Assembly: GCA_964187785.1 (NCBI GenBank) | Contig: OZ076409.1 | Span: forward strand, 82,214,001-82,278,000 | From: Amphiscolops sp. MND2022 | Taxonomy: Eukaryota | DNA length: 64,000 nt | Direction of reading: 5' to 3' | In this document: positions 60,901 through 64,000 of the stretch, one piece after another | How positions within the stretch are numbered: the first letter of the stretch is position 1 | How the letters are laid out: each line of letters begins with the position of its first letter | Notes under the pieces: model-generated | What the model saw: only the letters and a program-made list of their open reading frames with translations | What the model was told of the DNA's origin: nothing | Database searches by the model: none | Made by a program: the position numbers and the translations under genes

Positions 60901-63900
60901 CTCAGATCCATATGATCTTAAAAGACCATGATGTGCAAAGTGATAATAAGGCTCATTTCTGTGCTCTGAGGGAGATGTGCGTATTAGTGACGCCGGCGCG
61001 CTGGTTTTTTTAACAACCCTTAGGTTTGTTACATTCCCTGTTCCATTAAGCTTTCGTGTTTAATACTTATGACAGAGTGGTCTACTCTATCAGTATTTCC
61101 ACAGCTTAGATTTTCTGACGCGTCTCATCGGGAATGTGTGCATCAGCGACTATGCCATTGTCATGTTTCTAACGCACAACTCACCATCGGGAAGATTCTA
61201 CTTTTTTTAAAACTTACGGATGTGAAATAATTTACCTGTCTCTGGAATCACCCAGAGAGCATGTTGCCAGCTTTTGGAACCACGTGTGGTGGTAGTCGAT
61301 GTCCTCGACAAGTGTTGGACTGCATCTGACGATGTACTGACGGGATCGTTGTTGTTGTTGCAGTCGTCGAATTTCAACTCGTTTATCATCAGTAGGTCAA
61401 CAAGTCTCCATTTGCCGTTTGGGTTGCGTTGCTCAATTATTGGGTTAGCGGGTTTGAAGAATGGGAGGGTCGTAGTTATGTTGTATTTCTATATAGGTGC
61501 AAGTGCGTCTGTGAGGTCTGCTATGAGATTGATGGGTTCTGGCGAGTCTTCGTATGTAGACGGAGCTGTCGTTCATCTGGGTTAATTTCATTTTGAAAAT
61601 GTTGTTGATTTCAATATCGTTTTTTGGTGAAGCTGCGTCTTGGGTCAAGATTCTCACGGTCGACGAGTTCGCGAAGTTTCTTTGACAATTTGGCGTTGGG
61701 TTGGTGTAGGTTTGTTTTCTTTTCCGGGGCGAAGAGCATCCACAATGTGGAGGGACGGTGTTTGGACGGTAGTTTATGCTGAGGTTTTCTTGGGTACATT
61801 TGTTGAAAGGTCCAAAACTCCTGTCACCATGTTACGACTTCCGTTAGAGTCGTTGTTCTGTACATTTCTGAATTTTTTGTTGCTTTTTTGAAGGACAATC
61901 TTCTTTTCTAGCTTCTCTTGATGAAAAGATTTTCGAATTTATCAATTTTGAATTGAAGTTGGCAGAGTAATTGTTTTACCAAAACAAAATTGAGCCTAAC
62001 AAAAGATCGCAGATTGAAATACAAATTGAATCAGAAATTGAATGAATAAGTTTACAGGTACAAGCTATATATACCCTCCTAGCATCATCTGTTCATACTC
62101 GCGTACTTTAATTTCCATCGAGATATTAGTCACTTCCTGTAACTTTGCGGCAAAATATTGATCTTCGTCAGCATTTCGTCAATTTTTGAGACACGGCAAT
62201 TCTAATCTACTATTAGTCATCAACCATGATCATATCTTTTCATTCCGGCGTCGTTTTGTTTCCTCCCACGCCGGAAGTAGATATTACTTCAGTCTGTCAA
62301 ACCGGAAATACTTCCCCGTTTTTCTGCTTTGGTTCGTAAGAAACCGACGCGGAGATGACGCTGACGTGAACAACTAATACCTGATTTTGAAATTTCACTT
62401 GAAAAAAATTATGTCTAATTATCTTGATTTAGACAATTTGGTGATGCTAAGAGAGTGACTGATTTACATGAGGCTAAACAATTAAATATTTCAACAATTG
62501 ATAACTATTTATCTGATTGAAGTTAGGAGCAACACCTTTGGGCAACAATAAAAGACGACGTGACATCGTCAAACAGCATATGAACTTATGAAACTAGGTA
62601 ATCAAAACGTACGTTTAAAATCCAGCTTGGACTTCACTTTATTACCACAAATTGAATATAAACTGTGACTTTTCAATTTATATCGTGTTAAAACACTGTT
62701 ATTTTAAGTAAATCTGAAAAATCCTGGCTTAAATACCATATTTCGTTCGAACTCAAACTTAGTCGACGCAATACTGACGTAGAAATGTGTTATCTCAACT
62801 TCTAGTATATTAGTTGACGAAGCGTTGACGTAGATTCAAAATTTGGCTTGGTTAGTTAAATGGCGACGTAATGTTGACGTTGATTCATATTCTAGCTTCG
62901 ATTAGTTTTACCATAGTGAAGTAAGGCTTCTTTTAAATTTAAAACTGACTAAAACGCCTAATTTCACAAATTTGGGACGTAGTGTGTACGTAAATTTGGT
63001 ATTGGACTTAGTCCGCCATTATAGTGGACGTAGCGTGGACGTAAATTTGGTATTAGACTTAGTCCACCATTATAGTGGACGTAGCGTGGACGTAAATGTG
63101 GTATTTTGGATGGATTGAAACAGCTATTTTGATGGATTTGCGACAACACGTTGACAAGTGTTCTCAGCTAGCTTGGCAATCTGCCAAGTTTGACGAGTTG
63201 CTGACGCATATTTTGGAATGAATTTTAGACTAGCTGCCAAGTTAGACGAGATGCTGACGTCATATTCTGGAATGATTTTCTGACTAGCTGCCAAGTTAGA
63301 CGAGATGCTGACGTCACTTTTTGGAATGAAATTCTAGCTAGCTGCCATAGCTGTGACGTAGCGTAGTCGCGACGTAAATTCAATCGTATTGGCGAAGCGG
63401 TGACCTATATTAGTTTTAGTTTGTTTTTAATTCAATCCAGTCCGGGTGCGGACTGTGACACCAACTATTACAGTCACTCGTTTTTTTCCTTTTTCTAAGA
63501 CAGGCTCGAAGCGACGAACGTTATTTAACTACTGAACGTTAATGTACTACTAAACTACTGGACCGGCAAACGAACGGGGGGCGCATTTAAGATAGTGCAA
63601 AGGGTCCCCCCTTTCAGTTACTCCATTTTTATCGTAAGATACAAAACCAGACGCACCTATAGGGTCCCCCCTTTGAGTTTTTTAGACACTGTGCAATTAT
63701 TTTTCGATTTTTTTGTCACCAAAGAGTCCCCCCTTCAAGTTTTTTGATAATATACAGCAAACTGAACTTTGGAAATGCCCAAAGGGTCTCCCCTTCCAAG
63801 TTTTTCGGCACTTTGAGACTGGCTCAAAATTCCTATTTTTCGACTTTTTGTTTTTTTTGAAAATTTTTTAATATCTCGAAAGGGTCCCCCTTCAATTTTT

Positions 63901-64000
63901 TAGGTAATTTGCAACATAATAGATATTTCACAATCCCAAAGATCCCCTCTTTTAGATTTTTCGGCACTATGAGATGGTTCAAAATTGTTATTTTTCGTCT
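54937..64000 (+). mobile_element. Helentron/HINE-like element carrying a large tandem array; runs off the window
   Basis: 5' end TTTTT-AGTCGGCGCT...GCCCGACT. HINE-type body (GGGTCCCCC, TTTTCGGCACT) resumes after about 63460. Confidence 0.6.
54968..63460. repeat. Tandem array of a ~3.4-kb unit (54968-58372, 58373-61829, partial 61830-63460)
   Basis: Each unit starts TGTTACGACTTCCGTTAGAGTC. Near-identical duplicated ORFs in the track. Copies differ in the number of a 39-bp minisatellite. Confidence 0.93.

Overview
AT-rich animal genomic DNA (spliceosomal introns, Cys-loop receptor exons), dominated by mobile elements. (1) A full-length Polinton/Maverick (adintovirus-like endogenous virus) at 8295-23251: 330-bp TIRs, AGTAGT...ACTACT ends, GTTGAA target-site duplication (TSD), and all core genes on the + strand (packaging ATPase, minor and major capsid, adenain-like protease, integrase, protein-primed PolB). 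It also carries a MAM-tipped fibre-like protein, two HNH-like paralogues and ESCRT late-motif peptides, and has a few inactivating lesions. (2) A second 15.3-kb element at 39130-54397 with Polinton-type ends and a 6-bp TSD but no recognisable core genes. It is almost entirely a giant palindrome (arms about 6.3 and 7.5 kb) around a 1.5-kb spacer holding an intronless, decayed TRAF-like gene; the arms encode PC4-like and HUH-motif ORFs. It lies 3' of exon 4 of a Cys-loop channel gene. (3) About 2.5 tandem copies of a 3.4-kb unit embedded in a Helentron/HINE-like element (54937 to window end). Also present: two same-strand Cys-loop channel genes, a decayed Gypsy with LTRs/PBS/PPT/TSD, LINE and Tc1 relics, and MITEs. 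All protein calls come from motif recognition by eye; no searches were run.
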